Shown: positions 36,303 to 46,880 of the stretch, piece by piece | Numbering within the stretch: the first letter of the stretch is position 1 | How the letters are laid out: each line of letters opens with the position of its first letter | Assembly (NCBI GenBank): GCA_038060895.1 | Contig: JBBTCT010000024.1 | Coordinates: 128,001-192,000, forward strand | Direction: 5' to 3' | Length of the DNA stretch: 64,000 nt | Origin: Planctomycetota bacterium | Lineage (GTDB): Bacteria; Planctomycetota; MHYJ01; WSZJ01 | The notes under the pieces: model-generated | What the model saw: only the letters and a program-made list of their open reading frames with translations | What the model was told of the DNA's origin: nothing | Databases searched by the model: none | Position numbers and translations under genes: made by a program

Positions 36303-37858
36303 TATCCTCTGAATCAATTCCGGTGAAAACGCACCAGCGACTGCAGCACGGGGCGGAACTGGATCCCACCCGTGTACCGGGGAGCGTCCAAAAGAGGTCC
36401 ACGACCCTACCGTTGTACGTCTACGGCGGGCAGGTCCTGCTGGGTTGGATTGCGATGCTTTCGGCTGAGTTTGTAGGGCACGAAGCGTGGTGGACACTCG
36501 TGCCCTTTTGCATGGCCGGGCTGGCGCCGATCGCCCTGCTTGTCCACAGGACCTGGAGAGCCGCTCCGGCGAGCGTGCTCCAGGAAATTGGAGTCTTCGC
36601 TGCGATCTCGACGGGCGTCTACTTCATGTTCGGTCCCTTGATCCACCCGTTCGGGCCTGTGGATGCGAGCGAGTACTCCCGCTCGTGGTACCCGATCAGC
36701 GCAGGGGACGCCGTCAGGTTGACGGGAATGAATTTCGTGGGATTTGGGCTGGCAGGGCTCGTTTACGAACTGACCCGTTTCTGTTTTGTCGAGCGCTTCG
36801 CCGAGAGAGTCAGTCGGTCCTGGTCCCAGGTATCCCCGACGGTCGTGTTCCTGATGTTCGCCGTTGTCGGTGCGACGGCAAAGTATGCACTTGTTCTGCC
36901 GTTCGACCTCGCGCTGACGCTCAACGCGCCCTCCGGCATCATCCGACAGCTCGACAACCTTATCGTGATCGCCATCATGGTGGGGTGGGCCAACAGAAAG
37001 TCGGGCCCCCTGTGGATCGGGCTGGCGGCAATAGTGCTGCTCCTTCTTGAGGTTGCAACCGGACTGTTGCAGTTCAACAAGAACGCAAGCCTCCTCGCCT
37101 TGATGGCTGCTGGACTTGGCGACTACCTGGCGACACGGAGACTGCGCAACCTGATAGTAGCGGGCTTGACCGCAAGCGCGCTTTACGGGGTCATCGCTCC
37201 CATCGTTACTTTCGGACGAGCGGAGCTTGCAGCCCGGCGCGGAGGCGAGCCCTCACCGGCGGGGCTGCTGGAGCGGCGCGACATCGTTCTCCGCTTCTAC
37301 CAGGGCGGGGAGTCAGCGACGAGTGATGACCCGATTCCGAGCGGATGGTGGGTGCGCCTGTGCTACCTCTCGCCTCAGCAGGCCGCGATCGACATGTACG
37401 ATTGCGGTCTGGGAGGTGATGACTTTGCTCGATTGCCCTGGATTGTGATGCCCCGATTTCTTTACCCGGAAAAACCGGAGATGACCATTTCGGGAGTCGA
37501 CTTCAATGAGAAGGTTGCGGGTATTCGGACAACGTCGACCGGCACGGGCGTATTCATCGACGGATACTACAACCTCGGCTGGCTCGGGTTCCTCTTCACC
37601 TCGATCTCCTTCGGCATGGCGTTGCGCGTGTACGCGAACATCGCGAAACCCGTCCTGAAAAACCGGGCCTTCATCATGTTTCCCCTCGTATTCAAGGCAA
37701 TCCACGTTGCACTCCGAGTCGACGGCTGGTGGCTGGCGGACGTCGCCGGAACCCTGGTGTTCGTCCTTGCAGCGCTTACCTTGATGGGGATGTCCTCGAG
37801 ATGGCGAATACTGGTGGCGCCTGCAGGCTCCCCTCACCGCGCAGGAGCGCGAGGGTGA
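36299..37858 (+). CDS. Polytopic membrane protein, putative Wzy polymerase
   Basis: About 10-12 hydrophobic segments; IMPRFLYPEKP and DGYYNLGWLG motifs typical of Wzy-like proteins; position inside the cluster. Confidence 0.6.
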   Translation: MISSESIPVKTHQRLQHGAELDPTRVPGSVQKRSTTLPLYVYGGQVLLGWIAMLSAEFVGHEAWWTLVPFCMAGLAPIALLVHRTWRAAPASVLQEIGVFAAISTGVYFMFGPLIHPFGPVDASEYSRSWYPISAGDAVRLTGMNFVGFGLAGLVYELTRFCFVERFAERVSRSWSQVSPTVVFLMFAVVGATAKYALVLPFDLALTLNAPSGIIRQLDNLIVIAIMVGWANRKSGPLWIGLAAIVLLLLEVATGLLQFNKNASLLALMAAGLGDYLATRRLRNLIVAGLTASALYGVIAPIVTFGRAELAARRGGEPSPAGLLERRDIVLRFYQGGESATSDDPIPSGWWVRLCYLSPQQAAIDMYDCGLGGDDFARLPWIVMPRFLYPEKPEMTISGVDFNEKVAGIRTTSTGTGVFIDGYYNLGWLGFLFTSISFGMALRVYANIAKPVLKNRAFIMFPLVFKAIHVALRVDGWWLADVAGTLVFVLAALTLMGMSSRWRILVAPAGSPHRAGARG

Positions 37859-37879
37859 TGGTAAAGACAGGGAGAAGCG

Positions 37880-38599
37880 ATGAGTGAACCTGGATACCGA
37901 GGGTATCGTGAGTGGAAATCGTGGGAAGCGGCGCGATTTGGCGAAATCCGTCCTGAGGAAGGGGCGTACTTTGACGCGGAGCTCACCAAGTCGGGAGCGG
38001 GTGCTCTGGCAGGGAAACGTGTGGTAGAGATTGGCTTCGGAAACGGCGGTTTCGCGCAGTGGGCTCGCAAGAATGGAGCCGACTATGCGGGCACCGAAGT
38101 TATCCCCGAGTTGCAGGCTCTCGGGCGAGAGGCGGGGATCAGGGTTCTCGACCACGAATCGCTCCTAGCGGCGCAGGCCGGGGCCGGGACAATCGACTTG
38201 ATCGTCGCCTTCGACGTGTTCGAGCACATCGAGGTGAATCAACTTCGTGTTTTGCTGGCCGACCTGAAGGCGTGCCTTCGGCCCGGGGGACGCCTGATTG
38301 GCCGCGTTCCTTCGGGTGACAGTCCGTTTTCCAGGGCGATTCAGCACGGAGATCTGACGCACAGGACCGCGTTTGGAAGCTCCGCCATCCTGCAGCTCGC
38401 GATGGCGGCCGGATTCGCCGATGTCACAACACGGGAGCCTGCGTTTCCCTTGAACGGCGCCGGTTGCCTAGGGGCGATCCGACGGATGATGGTCCGGGCA
38501 GCGCGAAGCGTGCTCTACCCCCTCATCTCGCGCGTTTTGATGGGTGGCGGGAGACCTGTCCTCACCCCGAACATGGTCTTCGTGCTGAGGCGTTCGTGA
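37880..38599 (+). CDS. Class I SAM-dependent methyltransferase
   Basis: VVEIGFGNG, DVFEH, LRPGG, GDLTH. Confidence 0.88.
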   Translation: MSEPGYRGYREWKSWEAARFGEIRPEEGAYFDAELTKSGAGALAGKRVVEIGFGNGGFAQWARKNGADYAGTEVIPELQALGREAGIRVLDHESLLAAQAGAGTIDLIVAFDVFEHIEVNQLRVLLADLKACLRPGGRLIGRVPSGDSPFSRAIQHGDLTHRTAFGSSAILQLAMAAGFADVTTREPAFPLNGAGCLGAIRRMMVRAARSVLYPLISRVLMGGGRPVLTPNMVFVLRRS

Positions 38600-39831
38600 G
38601 CCGCTCCGGCCAACGAACTACTATTGCGCTGATCGTGCCTGACCTGGCTGGGGGCGGCGGCGTACCCGCAGTCGCCCGGTTCCTGAAAGACACAATCCGT
38701 GAAACCGGGTTGTACGAACTCAAGCTCATCTCTCTGGCTACTTCTTCCGGAGACGCCACTCATTCCCGCATTACGCGACCATCAAGCTGGTGGCGGGGCC
38801 CGGTTTCGACGCCTCAGACGTGGGAGGGCCTGCCGGTCGACCATGTCGGCGCCGTGGCCGGAGAGATAGAGTTCCAGCGCTATAACCCGCGAAAAGTCCT
38901 CGCCAGGCTCCTGGCCGACTGCGACATCTTGCAAGTCGTCTGCGGGTCGCCGGCCTGGGCGTGCGCCGTGTGCGACCTCGGAAAGCCGGTATCCCTCCAA
39001 TGCGCCACACGCGCGGTCGTCGAACGCAGGCGCCAGCACTCCAAGCAGGGTGGGCTGAAAGAATGGTGGCGTAGAAGAATGACCCGCTTCACGGACAAGC
39101 TCGACGATCGCGCTCTGAAATCCGTGGCGGCGATCCAGGTCGAAAATCCATGGATGCTGGAATACGCGCGCAAGATCAACTCAGGACGCCAAGTGGACCT
39201 CCGGTACGCCCCGCCGGGGATCGACGCGGGAAAGTTCCGACCGAATGGCGATCGAAGTGCCGGGCGAGGTGCCCCAATACTCTGCGTCGGCCGATTGGAC
39301 GACACGCGCAAGAATGTAGGGCTCCTGCTGGAAGCGTTCGCGCGAATGTCGCCGGAGGACCGACAGGGATTGAAGCTCGTGCTGGCCGGCCAGGCCGGCC
39401 CGCCCGATTCGTTCTGGGAGCAGGCCACGGCGCTTGGCGTCCGTGACCGGATAGAGTTCGTCAACCGCCCTTCCGAAGAAGCGCTGATCGCGCTCTACCA
39501 GCAGGCCGGCCTCTTCGTGCTTCCTTCGGACGAAGAAGGACTAGGCGTCGTGATTCTGGAATCGATGGCTTGCGGCGTCCCGGTAGTGTCCACACTAAGT
39601 GGGGGACCGGACGGGATCATCACGGACGGAGCGGACGGATTTCTGGTGCCTCGGAACGATGCTGGAGCCCTGGCGGAGCGGATTACACAGCTGCGCGGCG
39701 ACGCTGTGCTGAATCGGGCGATGGGCCTGCGAGCGCGCCAGACGATCGAGGCGCGCTACGCCTCGGAGGTCGCGGGGCGGCCCTTCCTAGAAGTCTGGGA
39801 TCTCCTGGCGCGAAAAGCAGGGGGGCGCTGA
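38596..39831 (+). CDS. GT4 glycosyltransferase
   Basis: GTG start overlapping the upstream stop; VGRL...KN, EEGLGVVILESMACGVPVV. Confidence 0.9.
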   Translation: MSRSGQRTTIALIVPDLAGGGGVPAVARFLKDTIRETGLYELKLISLATSSGDATHSRITRPSSWWRGPVSTPQTWEGLPVDHVGAVAGEIEFQRYNPRKVLARLLADCDILQVVCGSPAWACAVCDLGKPVSLQCATRAVVERRRQHSKQGGLKEWWRRRMTRFTDKLDDRALKSVAAIQVENPWMLEYARKINSGRQVDLRYAPPGIDAGKFRPNGDRSAGRGAPILCVGRLDDTRKNVGLLLEAFARMSPEDRQGLKLVLAGQAGPPDSFWEQATALGVRDRIEFVNRPSEEALIALYQQAGLFVLPSDEEGLGVVILESMACGVPVVSTLSGGPDGIITDGADGFLVPRNDAGALAERITQLRGDAVLNRAMGLRARQTIEARYASEVAGRPFLEVWDLLARKAGGR

Positions 39832-39832
39832 C

Positions 39833-41650
39833 ATGTGCGGACTTGTCGGCGCCTTCCCTATCCCTGGGCGGTCTTTCCGCTCGGAGGACGTAAAGCCGGC
39901 TATGGACCGGATGAATCGCCGTGGCCCCGACGCGGAGGGAGTGTGGCAGGACGCAGGAGTTGTGCTGGGGCATCGCCGCCTCTCGATTCTCGATCCCGAC
40001 CCGAGATCGCACCAGCCGATGGTCTCCGCGTGCGGCAGGCACGCCATCGTCTTCAACGGTGAGATTTACAACTTTCGCGAACTTCGGCGCGACCTCGAGG
40101 AAATGGGAACGGCGTTCCGCACCACCTCGGACACGGAGGTGCTGTTGGCCATGTTTGCCGCGGAAGGCGAAGCAATGCTCTCGCGCCTCCGGGGGATGTT
40201 CGCGTTCGTCATCTGGGACCGGATTGCGAAGCGTGGGTTTGCAGCGCGGGATGCCTACGGCATCAAGCCGCTGTACTACGCACAGACTCCCGAAGGAGCT
40301 TTGCTCGCTTCACAGGTCAAAGCCCTGCTCGATTCCGGCAAAGTTTCCGCGGCACCCGACGCCCGGGGGCAGGCCGGCTTCTGGCTGCTTGGAAACGTGC
40401 CTGAGCCTCGTACGTGGTACCGCGACATTGTTCACCTGCCTGCGGGGTACTTCGCCTGGATAGAGAACGGGCGCGTTGAGACGCCACGCCAGTGGTGGGA
40501 CATCGGCGCCGCCTGGCGTGAAGCGCCCGGCCCGAAGCGAGCAAACGCCGAGGTGTGTGAGAGTGTCCGCCAGTCTGTTCTCGCTTCAGTGAAGGCCCAT
40601 CTTGTCTCGGACGTCCCGGTGGGTGTATTCCTCTCTGGAGGCATCGATTCAGGGGCACTGGCCGGGTTAATTCAGGATGCGTGCGCCGGGTCGATCAAGG
40701 GTGTGACGATCGCATTTCGGGAATTTGCCGGACGAGACGAGGACGAAGCCCCAGCGGCGGCACTTGTCGCGAAGCACCTGGGCCTCGAACACCATGTCAG
40801 GGTAATAACGCGTGGAGAATTTGACGCCGATCTTCCGCGCATTCTTGAGGCGATCGACCAACCGAGCATTGACGGGATCAACACCTGGTACGCCGCCAAG
40901 GCAGCCGCGGAACTGGGGCTGAAAGTCGTGGTGTCTGGAATCGGAGGAGACGAACTCTTCCAGGGGTACTCCACGTTTCGAAAGCTCCCCCGCCTGGTCT
41001 CCACGTGGCGGAAGCTTTCGCTAGTTCCTGGGGCCATGTCGGTAGCGCGCGCGGCAGCCGGGCTAAAGGCCAGGCGAAGCGGCAATCGGCGGTGGAGCCA
41101 ACTGCCCGAAGGAGCGCGGACGATCGCTGGCGCCTGGTGGCTCAGTCGGGGGCTGTTCAGCCCTGAGGAATTGACCGCTCTCATGGGAGATGATCTGGCG
41201 CACCAGGCGCTGCGCGACTTCAGCCCGGGGCGATGGGTCGAGGAGATGAGCGGGCCGCTTCCGGATGACCTACGGCTGGCCCTGGGACAGATAGAATCCA
41301 CGACTTACCTGCGGAACCAGCTTCTGCGCGACAGCGACTGGGCGAGCATGGCTCACGGCGTCGAACTGCGCACTCCCCTGGTGGATACATGGCTTCTGCG
41401 AGAGCTACAGCCGCTTCTTGCGAGCTTCGGGAGATTCCCGGGCAAGTCGCTGCTGGCCGGGTCGCCGTCCCGGGGTCTGCCCGTCGAGGTGCTGAAGCGC
41501 CCGAAGACGGGATTCGGGATCCCGTTGGGGCGTTGGCTCGGAGGTGATGCGGTTACGAGGTCGCCGGGATCGGACAGCCGGGAGTGGTCCCGGCGAGTCG
41601 TGCGGGATTCCCTGAGTGGTTTGTCCGGACGCAGGAATCCGGAAGCGTGA
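39833..41650 (+). CDS. asnB: Asparagine synthase-like amidotransferase (glutamine-hydrolysing), copy 1
   Basis: MCG, RGPD, HRRLSI, FNGEIYN, LSGGIDS, SG.GGDELF, E.RTP. Confidence 0.93.
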   Translation: MCGLVGAFPIPGRSFRSEDVKPAMDRMNRRGPDAEGVWQDAGVVLGHRRLSILDPDPRSHQPMVSACGRHAIVFNGEIYNFRELRRDLEEMGTAFRTTSDTEVLLAMFAAEGEAMLSRLRGMFAFVIWDRIAKRGFAARDAYGIKPLYYAQTPEGALLASQVKALLDSGKVSAAPDARGQAGFWLLGNVPEPRTWYRDIVHLPAGYFAWIENGRVETPRQWWDIGAAWREAPGPKRANAEVCESVRQSVLASVKAHLVSDVPVGVFLSGGIDSGALAGLIQDACAGSIKGVTIAFREFAGRDEDEAPAAALVAKHLGLEHHVRVITRGEFDADLPRILEAIDQPSIDGINTWYAAKAAAELGLKVVVSGIGGDELFQGYSTFRKLPRLVSTWRKLSLVPGAMSVARAAAGLKARRSGNRRWSQLPEGARTIAGAWWLSRGLFSPEELTALMGDDLAHQALRDFSPGRWVEEMSGPLPDDLRLALGQIESTTYLRNQLLRDSDWASMAHGVELRTPLVDTWLLRELQPLLASFGRFPGKSLLAGSPSRGLPVEVLKRPKTGFGIPLGRWLGGDAVTRSPGSDSREWSRRVVRDSLSGLSGRRNPEA

Positions 41651-41660
41651 GGGAAGGCTC

Positions 41661-42539
41661 ATGAGTGCTGAGGACAACCCTGGCGGAAAGCAGACCTGCG
41701 GCGAAGTGCCGCTGGCAGTGGTGCTGATTTCGCTGAACGAGGGTCACAACCTCGAGGGGGTCCTTGAGCACCTGGCAGGCTGGGCGCAGGAGATTTTCCT
41801 GGTCGACAGCTACAGCGAAGACGAGACCGTGGACATTGCTCTGAAGCACGGAGTGCACGTCGTTCAGCGGCGATTCCGCGACTTTGGCGACCAGTGGAAC
41901 TTTGCCCTTCGCGAACTTCCGATTACCGCTCCCTGGACGATGAAGCTGGACCCGGACGAGCGCCTGACGCCGGCGTTGAAAGCGTCGATCGCGGCGGCGA
42001 TGAAATCGCCGGAGACGGAGGGGATCCGCTTTAAGCGGCGGCTGTGGTTCATGGGCCGCCCGCTGCCGGCTAGGCAGTCGATCCTGAGGGCCTGGCGTAC
42101 CGGGCGGTGCCGGTTCACGGAAGTGACGGTGAATGAACAGCCTGTGGTGCAGGGCCGCGTCGTTGCCGTAAGTGGGGATCTAGAGCACCACGACAGCCCG
42201 GACTTGCACCACTGGTTTGAAAAACAAAACGCCTACACGACGGCCGAGGCCCGGGCTCAGTTCGAACGACGCGCGGCGAAGGGGCCCGTGCCGGGTACCT
42301 GGCAGCGGCGGTATTTCTGGTGGATCCCTGGCCGGTACTTCCTCATGTTCCTCTACCACCTGGTGCTATGCGGCGCGTGGAGGGCGGGCCGCGTCGGCTG
42401 GATCTGGGCGCGGCTGAGGACCGACCTGTATCGCGCCTGGGAATACAAGCTGCTTGAGATGCGCCTCCGCGGGCGTGGGCCCGCGGAGAGGCCGGCCCGG
42501 CGCGGTCAGCCGGATCCAAGGGTCAAGCAGTACGACTAG
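41661..42539 (+). CDS. GT2 glycosyltransferase (KdtX/WaaE-like)
   Basis: NE, VDSYS.D.T, QWNFAL, LDPDE. Confidence 0.9.
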   Translation: MSAEDNPGGKQTCGEVPLAVVLISLNEGHNLEGVLEHLAGWAQEIFLVDSYSEDETVDIALKHGVHVVQRRFRDFGDQWNFALRELPITAPWTMKLDPDERLTPALKASIAAAMKSPETEGIRFKRRLWFMGRPLPARQSILRAWRTGRCRFTEVTVNEQPVVQGRVVAVSGDLEHHDSPDLHHWFEKQNAYTTAEARAQFERRAAKGPVPGTWQRRYFWWIPGRYFLMFLYHLVLCGAWRAGRVGWIWARLRTDLYRAWEYKLLEMRLRGRGPAERPARRGQPDPRVKQYD

Positions 42540-42619
42540 CCGGGCCTTCGGGAGGCGCTAATCATCCGGGAACCTGTTCCGCAGGAAAAAGCCGCTACCA
42601 GGGCCACGGAGGCCGGCGC

Positions 42620-43786
42620 GTGCGTGTAATCCACATTGTTCCGGGTATCTCCGAAGAGGCCAGCGGGCCTTCTTACTCTGTGACCCGGCTTTGCCAGGCG
42701 CTGATCGAAGACGGTGACGATGTCCGCCTGGCGACCCTGGCACTGGGACCCGTTCCCCCCGGGCTGCCGTTCGTGAAAACCTTCCCGCTGGGAGTCGGAC
42801 CGCGAAGGCTCGGTCGTTCACCCGAAATGAAACGCTGGCTGGAGGATCAGGTTCTTTCCCGGAACGCGGACATCCTTCACAACCACGGGATGTGGCAGAT
42901 GAATGCCGTGTACCCGGGGCGCCTGGCTCGGAAAGGAAACGTGCCCCTCGTGGTTTCTCCCCGTGGCGCGTTTTCGGAATGGGCCATGAAGCACGGATCT
43001 TCGGCAAAGCGAGTCTTCTGGCCGATGTTCCAGCGCCCCGCGGTCAAGGCGACCGCTCTCTTCCATGCCACCGCGGAATCCGAGTGCCGTGACATCCGGA
43101 AACTGGGGTTTCGGCAACCGGTGGCCGTCATTCCCAATGGAATCGATGTGCCTGAATTCCTGCCGAAAGTCCCTCGCGAAATCCGGACGATGCTCTTCCT
43201 CGGCCGAATCCACCCGGTGAAGGGCCTGGACACATTGCTGCGCGCCTGGGCGGCAATCCAGGAACGCTTCCCGGACTGGAGATTGCTCATCGCCGGGAGC
43301 GACAGGGGGTATGAAGGCTCGACCGGGTATCTGGACGAGCTGCGAGCGCTGTCGAGGACGCTGCATCTGAAGCGCTTCGAGTTTGTCGGCGAACTCAACG
43401 GACCGGCGAAACTGCAGGCCTACCGGGATTCGGACCTTTTTGTTCTGCCGACCCATTCCGAGAATTTTGGCATAACCGTGGCGGAGGCGCTGTCCGCCGG
43501 GACGCCGGCACTTGTGACGAAGGGCGCGCCCTGGGCCGACCTACCGCGAAGAGAGGCAGGCTGGTGGGTAGAGGACGGCCTCGATCCGCTCGTGGCAGGC
43601 GTCGAGACGGCGCTCGCAACACCGCCAGAACGGTTGGCGCGGATGGGCGGCATGGGAAGAGACTGGATGCTTGCCGAGCACGGCTGGAATTCCATCGCGG
43701 GAAGAATGCGGAAGACGTATGAATGGCTATCGGGGTCCGAAGCACCGCCGCCTGAATGGGTTCGCATTGATGAACCGTTGAGGTAG
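42620..43786 (+). CDS. GT4 glycosyltransferase
   Basis: HNHGMW, SPRG, IPNGID, FLGRIHPVKGL, SENFGITVAEAL. Confidence 0.92.
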   Translation: MRVIHIVPGISEEASGPSYSVTRLCQALIEDGDDVRLATLALGPVPPGLPFVKTFPLGVGPRRLGRSPEMKRWLEDQVLSRNADILHNHGMWQMNAVYPGRLARKGNVPLVVSPRGAFSEWAMKHGSSAKRVFWPMFQRPAVKATALFHATAESECRDIRKLGFRQPVAVIPNGIDVPEFLPKVPREIRTMLFLGRIHPVKGLDTLLRAWAAIQERFPDWRLLIAGSDRGYEGSTGYLDELRALSRTLHLKRFEFVGELNGPAKLQAYRDSDLFVLPTHSENFGITVAEALSAGTPALVTKGAPWADLPRREAGWWVEDGLDPLVAGVETALATPPERLARMGGMGRDWMLAEHGWNSIAGRMRKTYEWLSGSEAPPPEWVRIDEPLR

Positions 43787-43792
43787 GTCAGC

Positions 43793-44485
43793 ATGAGTTG
43801 GCGTACAAACACAATCCTGGTGGCACTGCGGAGCGTCTCCCGGAAACTCGGCCTGAACCGGTGGATCGCATCGAAGTTCTCGGCCGGATACGAGGCCGCC
43901 TACGAAAGAGAGCTGTCGGCCGCAATCAAGGCCGGGGACTGCCTCTGGGACGTTGGCGCCAACGTGGGTTATTACACCCGGCTATTCGGGGAGCGCACCG
44001 GCACAGGAGGAAGGGTCTTCGCCTTCGAACCGAGCCCCGTCAACTTCTCTCGCCTTTCGGCGGCGTGCTCTGGGCAGGGCCATATCCGGCTTCTGCCGTG
44101 CGGACTCGGCAAACAGGACGGCACCTGTTCTTTCCAACAGGGCTCCGACGACCTGGGAGCGTCGAGCCGGGTCACCGGGAACAGTTCCGGAGGAACCGTG
44201 GTCCCGATCCGCGCTGGCGACAGTCTCGTGGCGGATGAATCGGCCACCGCCCCCGCCGTGATGAAGATCGACGTCGAGGGTCTGGAGCTGGAAGTCCTGA
44301 AGGGAATGCCGAAACTGCTGGCTGACCCGCGTCTTCGCGTGATAGGAATTGAAGTACACTTCGGCATCCTGGAAGGGATCGGCCAGGCGGGCGCTCCCCG
44401 GGAAATCGAGAACTTGCTCAGGGCCGCCGGGTTCCGGTTCACCTGGCCGGACACAAGCCACATCCTGGCGGTAAGGAAACCCTGA
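43793..44485 (+). CDS. FkbM-family methyltransferase
   Basis: DVGANVGYY, FEP, KIDVEG.E, IEVH. Confidence 0.9.
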   Translation: MSWRTNTILVALRSVSRKLGLNRWIASKFSAGYEAAYERELSAAIKAGDCLWDVGANVGYYTRLFGERTGTGGRVFAFEPSPVNFSRLSAACSGQGHIRLLPCGLGKQDGTCSFQQGSDDLGASSRVTGNSSGGTVVPIRAGDSLVADESATAPAVMKIDVEGLELEVLKGMPKLLADPRLRVIGIEVHFGILEGIGQAGAPREIENLLRAAGFRFTWPDTSHILAVRKP

Positions 44486-45285
44486 TGAGGCGCGTCCAGC
44501 TCGAGAATACTGCGCTCCAGGTGTCGCGCCTCGGGTTCGGGACCGCCCAACTCCACCATGTTCACAGCCGGCCCCAGCGAATCCGTCTCCTTGAAGCGGC
44601 CTTTGACGCGGGATTTACGCACTTCGACACTTCGCCCTACTACGGTTTTGGCATGGCCGAATCGGATCTGGGTCACCTCCTTCACGGACGGCGAGACCGG
44701 GTCACGGTGGCGACCAAAGTTGGGCTTTACGCGCCCGGCGACGGATCCTTCGGCTCTCCCGGGGTCTACGTGAGAAAAGCGCTCGGCAAGCTGGCGCCGC
44801 AACTCTCGGCACCTGTCGTTGACTGGAGCGTCCAGGCAGCGGAGCGAAGCCTGAACGAAAGCCTGAAGCGATTGCGCACCGACCATGTCGATGTTGTGTT
44901 CCTGCACGAGCCCGAGCCGGGCCTGGTTCCCGCGCAGGAATTCCTGGCCTGGCTCGAAAGAGAAAAGTCTAAGGGAAAGCTTCTGCACTGGGGTCTTGCG
45001 GGATTGAGGGACGCCTTGGACGGTTGGCTCACCTCCTGTCACCCGCTCGCCATGATCCTTCAATCACAGGACAGCCGAGATCGCAATGAGGCAGACCTCG
45101 TCCTGAAGCACGGGCGGAAGCTGCAGTTCACGTACGGATACCTCTCCGGGATTCCCTCGGCCGATCGCCCTGCCAAGGCAGAAGCAGCGCTTCGGTGGGC
45201 GCTTCAACGAAACACGGGCGGGGCTGTTCTTGTGTCGACTCGAAAGCGGGAACGCGTGGCCGGCCTTGCGGCGATCGCAGGATGA
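44485..45285 (+). CDS. Aldo/keto reductase
   Basis: VSRLGFG, FDTSPYYG.G.AE, VATKVG, SL.RLRTDHVDVVFLH. Confidence 0.88.
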   Translation: MRRVQLENTALQVSRLGFGTAQLHHVHSRPQRIRLLEAAFDAGFTHFDTSPYYGFGMAESDLGHLLHGRRDRVTVATKVGLYAPGDGSFGSPGVYVRKALGKLAPQLSAPVVDWSVQAAERSLNESLKRLRTDHVDVVFLHEPEPGLVPAQEFLAWLEREKSKGKLLHWGLAGLRDALDGWLTSCHPLAMILQSQDSRDRNEADLVLKHGRKLQFTYGYLSGIPSADRPAKAEAALRWALQRNTGGAVLVSTRKRERVAGLAAIAG

Positions 45286-46880
45286 GCGCAGATCCAGCCA
45301 TCGACCTGCTCACGACGGGCAAGACGAAGCTCGAAGTGAAATGCAGCGTCGCCATTGTCGGCGCCGGGGCGGCCGGGATTTACCTGGGAGTCCAGTTGGC
45401 CTCCCGGGGAGTCGAGGTCGTCCTACTCGAGGCGGGCGGCCTCGTTTGTGGAACAGCGGCGGAAGTGGGGTTTGAGGCCCTGTTTCCGGGCGACACCTAT
45501 CGGGGCGCGACGGAAGGCCGGGCCTTTGGCCTGGGCGGAACAACTTCACGCTGGGGTGGCTTGCTGATCCCGCATTCGAACGGAGACTCTCGCGACCCGA
45601 AGAACCTGAACCGGTCCGCGTGGCAGGAGATTCTCCGGGCGACCACCGAGAATTCGGACAGGGTCATGAAGACCCTGGGTTTCGCAGGGCCGCCGCGGTT
45701 TGTCGAATTTGCGATCGACAAGCTCGGCCTCGCAGGAACAGAACTGAATGCGGCAGGATTCGGTTCACAGGCGAGCCTCTTCCTTCCCGCGCGCCGCAAG
45801 AACCTGGCCTTCCTCCTCAAGGGAAAGTCTCCCTCCCGTTCCCGGCTACAGGTGTATACAAACGCCGTCTGCTGTTCGTGGAGAATCGAGGAAGGGAGCG
45901 AATCCGGCGGAACCGCGCTGGTGGAACTCGAAGCCAAGGCTTCGAACGGAAACCGGCTCGTCGTCACGGCGGGTCGGTTTGTCCTCGCAGCGGGAGCCAT
46001 CGAGTGCGCGAGAATCCTGCTGGAAATGAATGCGACGGCGGCGCGACCCGTTGTAAGGCACTCCGCGGAAGTCGGTTGTTCCCTCTCCGATCACCTATCA
46101 GCCTCCATCGCGGACGTCGAGGAAACGGGCCTCGACACTGCGGTGAACCTCTTCGCCCCGCGCTTCAAAGGTAGCTGGATGCGCAGTTTCCGCCTCCTTG
46201 AGAAGGATTCGCCGGCATCGGCTCCCCGGGCATTCGCTCATTTCATCTTCGAAAACACAGATCCGGGCTTCCTCCTCGCCAAGCAGGTGCTCGGTTCAAT
46301 TCAGGCACGCCGTTGGCCCGCCGTTTCGGGCGCACAATTGGTGGCCGGCGTCGGCGGACTCATGTCCCTGGCGGGCGCGAGATACCTGCGCTCCCGGCTC
46401 CATGTGCCCCGTGGGACACGGTCTCATCTGCAACTCGACATCGAACAGGAACCCTGCCTCGACAATCGCGTAGGACTGGCCGATGAGCGGGATAGATTCG
46501 GCCGCCAGCGCGCCGTGGTGAACTGGAAAATTCGCGCGAACGACACGGACAACATCCGGGCCACGGCCGACCGAATTCTGTCGAAGTGGCCCGGCACGAA
46601 GGCCGGCCTGCCCGGATTGATCCCCAGGGGCATCGGCGATGCGTCGTCAAAGCCACACGATTCGTACCATCCGGTCGGGACCTGTCGCATGGGAAATGAT
46701 CCCGGTGCGGTGGTGGACTTCAACCTGAAAGCCTGGGGTGCCCGGAATCTGTGGGTCGTCAGCACAGGGGTGCTACCGAGCGCGGGAACGGCCAACCCGA
46801 CATTTACGATGCTCTGCCTCGCCGAAACTCTCGCAGGGCACCTCCTGGGCGGCCGGGGAACGGAAGGACTTCGAACGTGA
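45282..46880 (+). CDS. GMC-family FAD oxidoreductase
   Basis: IVGAGAAG, LEAGG, LGGTTSRWGG, LAAGAIE, HPVGTCRMG, ANPTFT. Confidence 0.9.
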   Translation: MSADPAIDLLTTGKTKLEVKCSVAIVGAGAAGIYLGVQLASRGVEVVLLEAGGLVCGTAAEVGFEALFPGDTYRGATEGRAFGLGGTTSRWGGLLIPHSNGDSRDPKNLNRSAWQEILRATTENSDRVMKTLGFAGPPRFVEFAIDKLGLAGTELNAAGFGSQASLFLPARRKNLAFLLKGKSPSRSRLQVYTNAVCCSWRIEEGSESGGTALVELEAKASNGNRLVVTAGRFVLAAGAIECARILLEMNATAARPVVRHSAEVGCSLSDHLSASIADVEETGLDTAVNLFAPRFKGSWMRSFRLLEKDSPASAPRAFAHFIFENTDPGFLLAKQVLGSIQARRWPAVSGAQLVAGVGGLMSLAGARYLRSRLHVPRGTRSHLQLDIEQEPCLDNRVGLADERDRFGRQRAVVNWKIRANDTDNIRATADRILSKWPGTKAGLPGLIPRGIGDASSKPHDSYHPVGTCRMGNDPGAVVDFNLKAWGARNLWVVSTGVLPSAGTANPTFTMLCLAETLAGHLLGGRGTEGLRT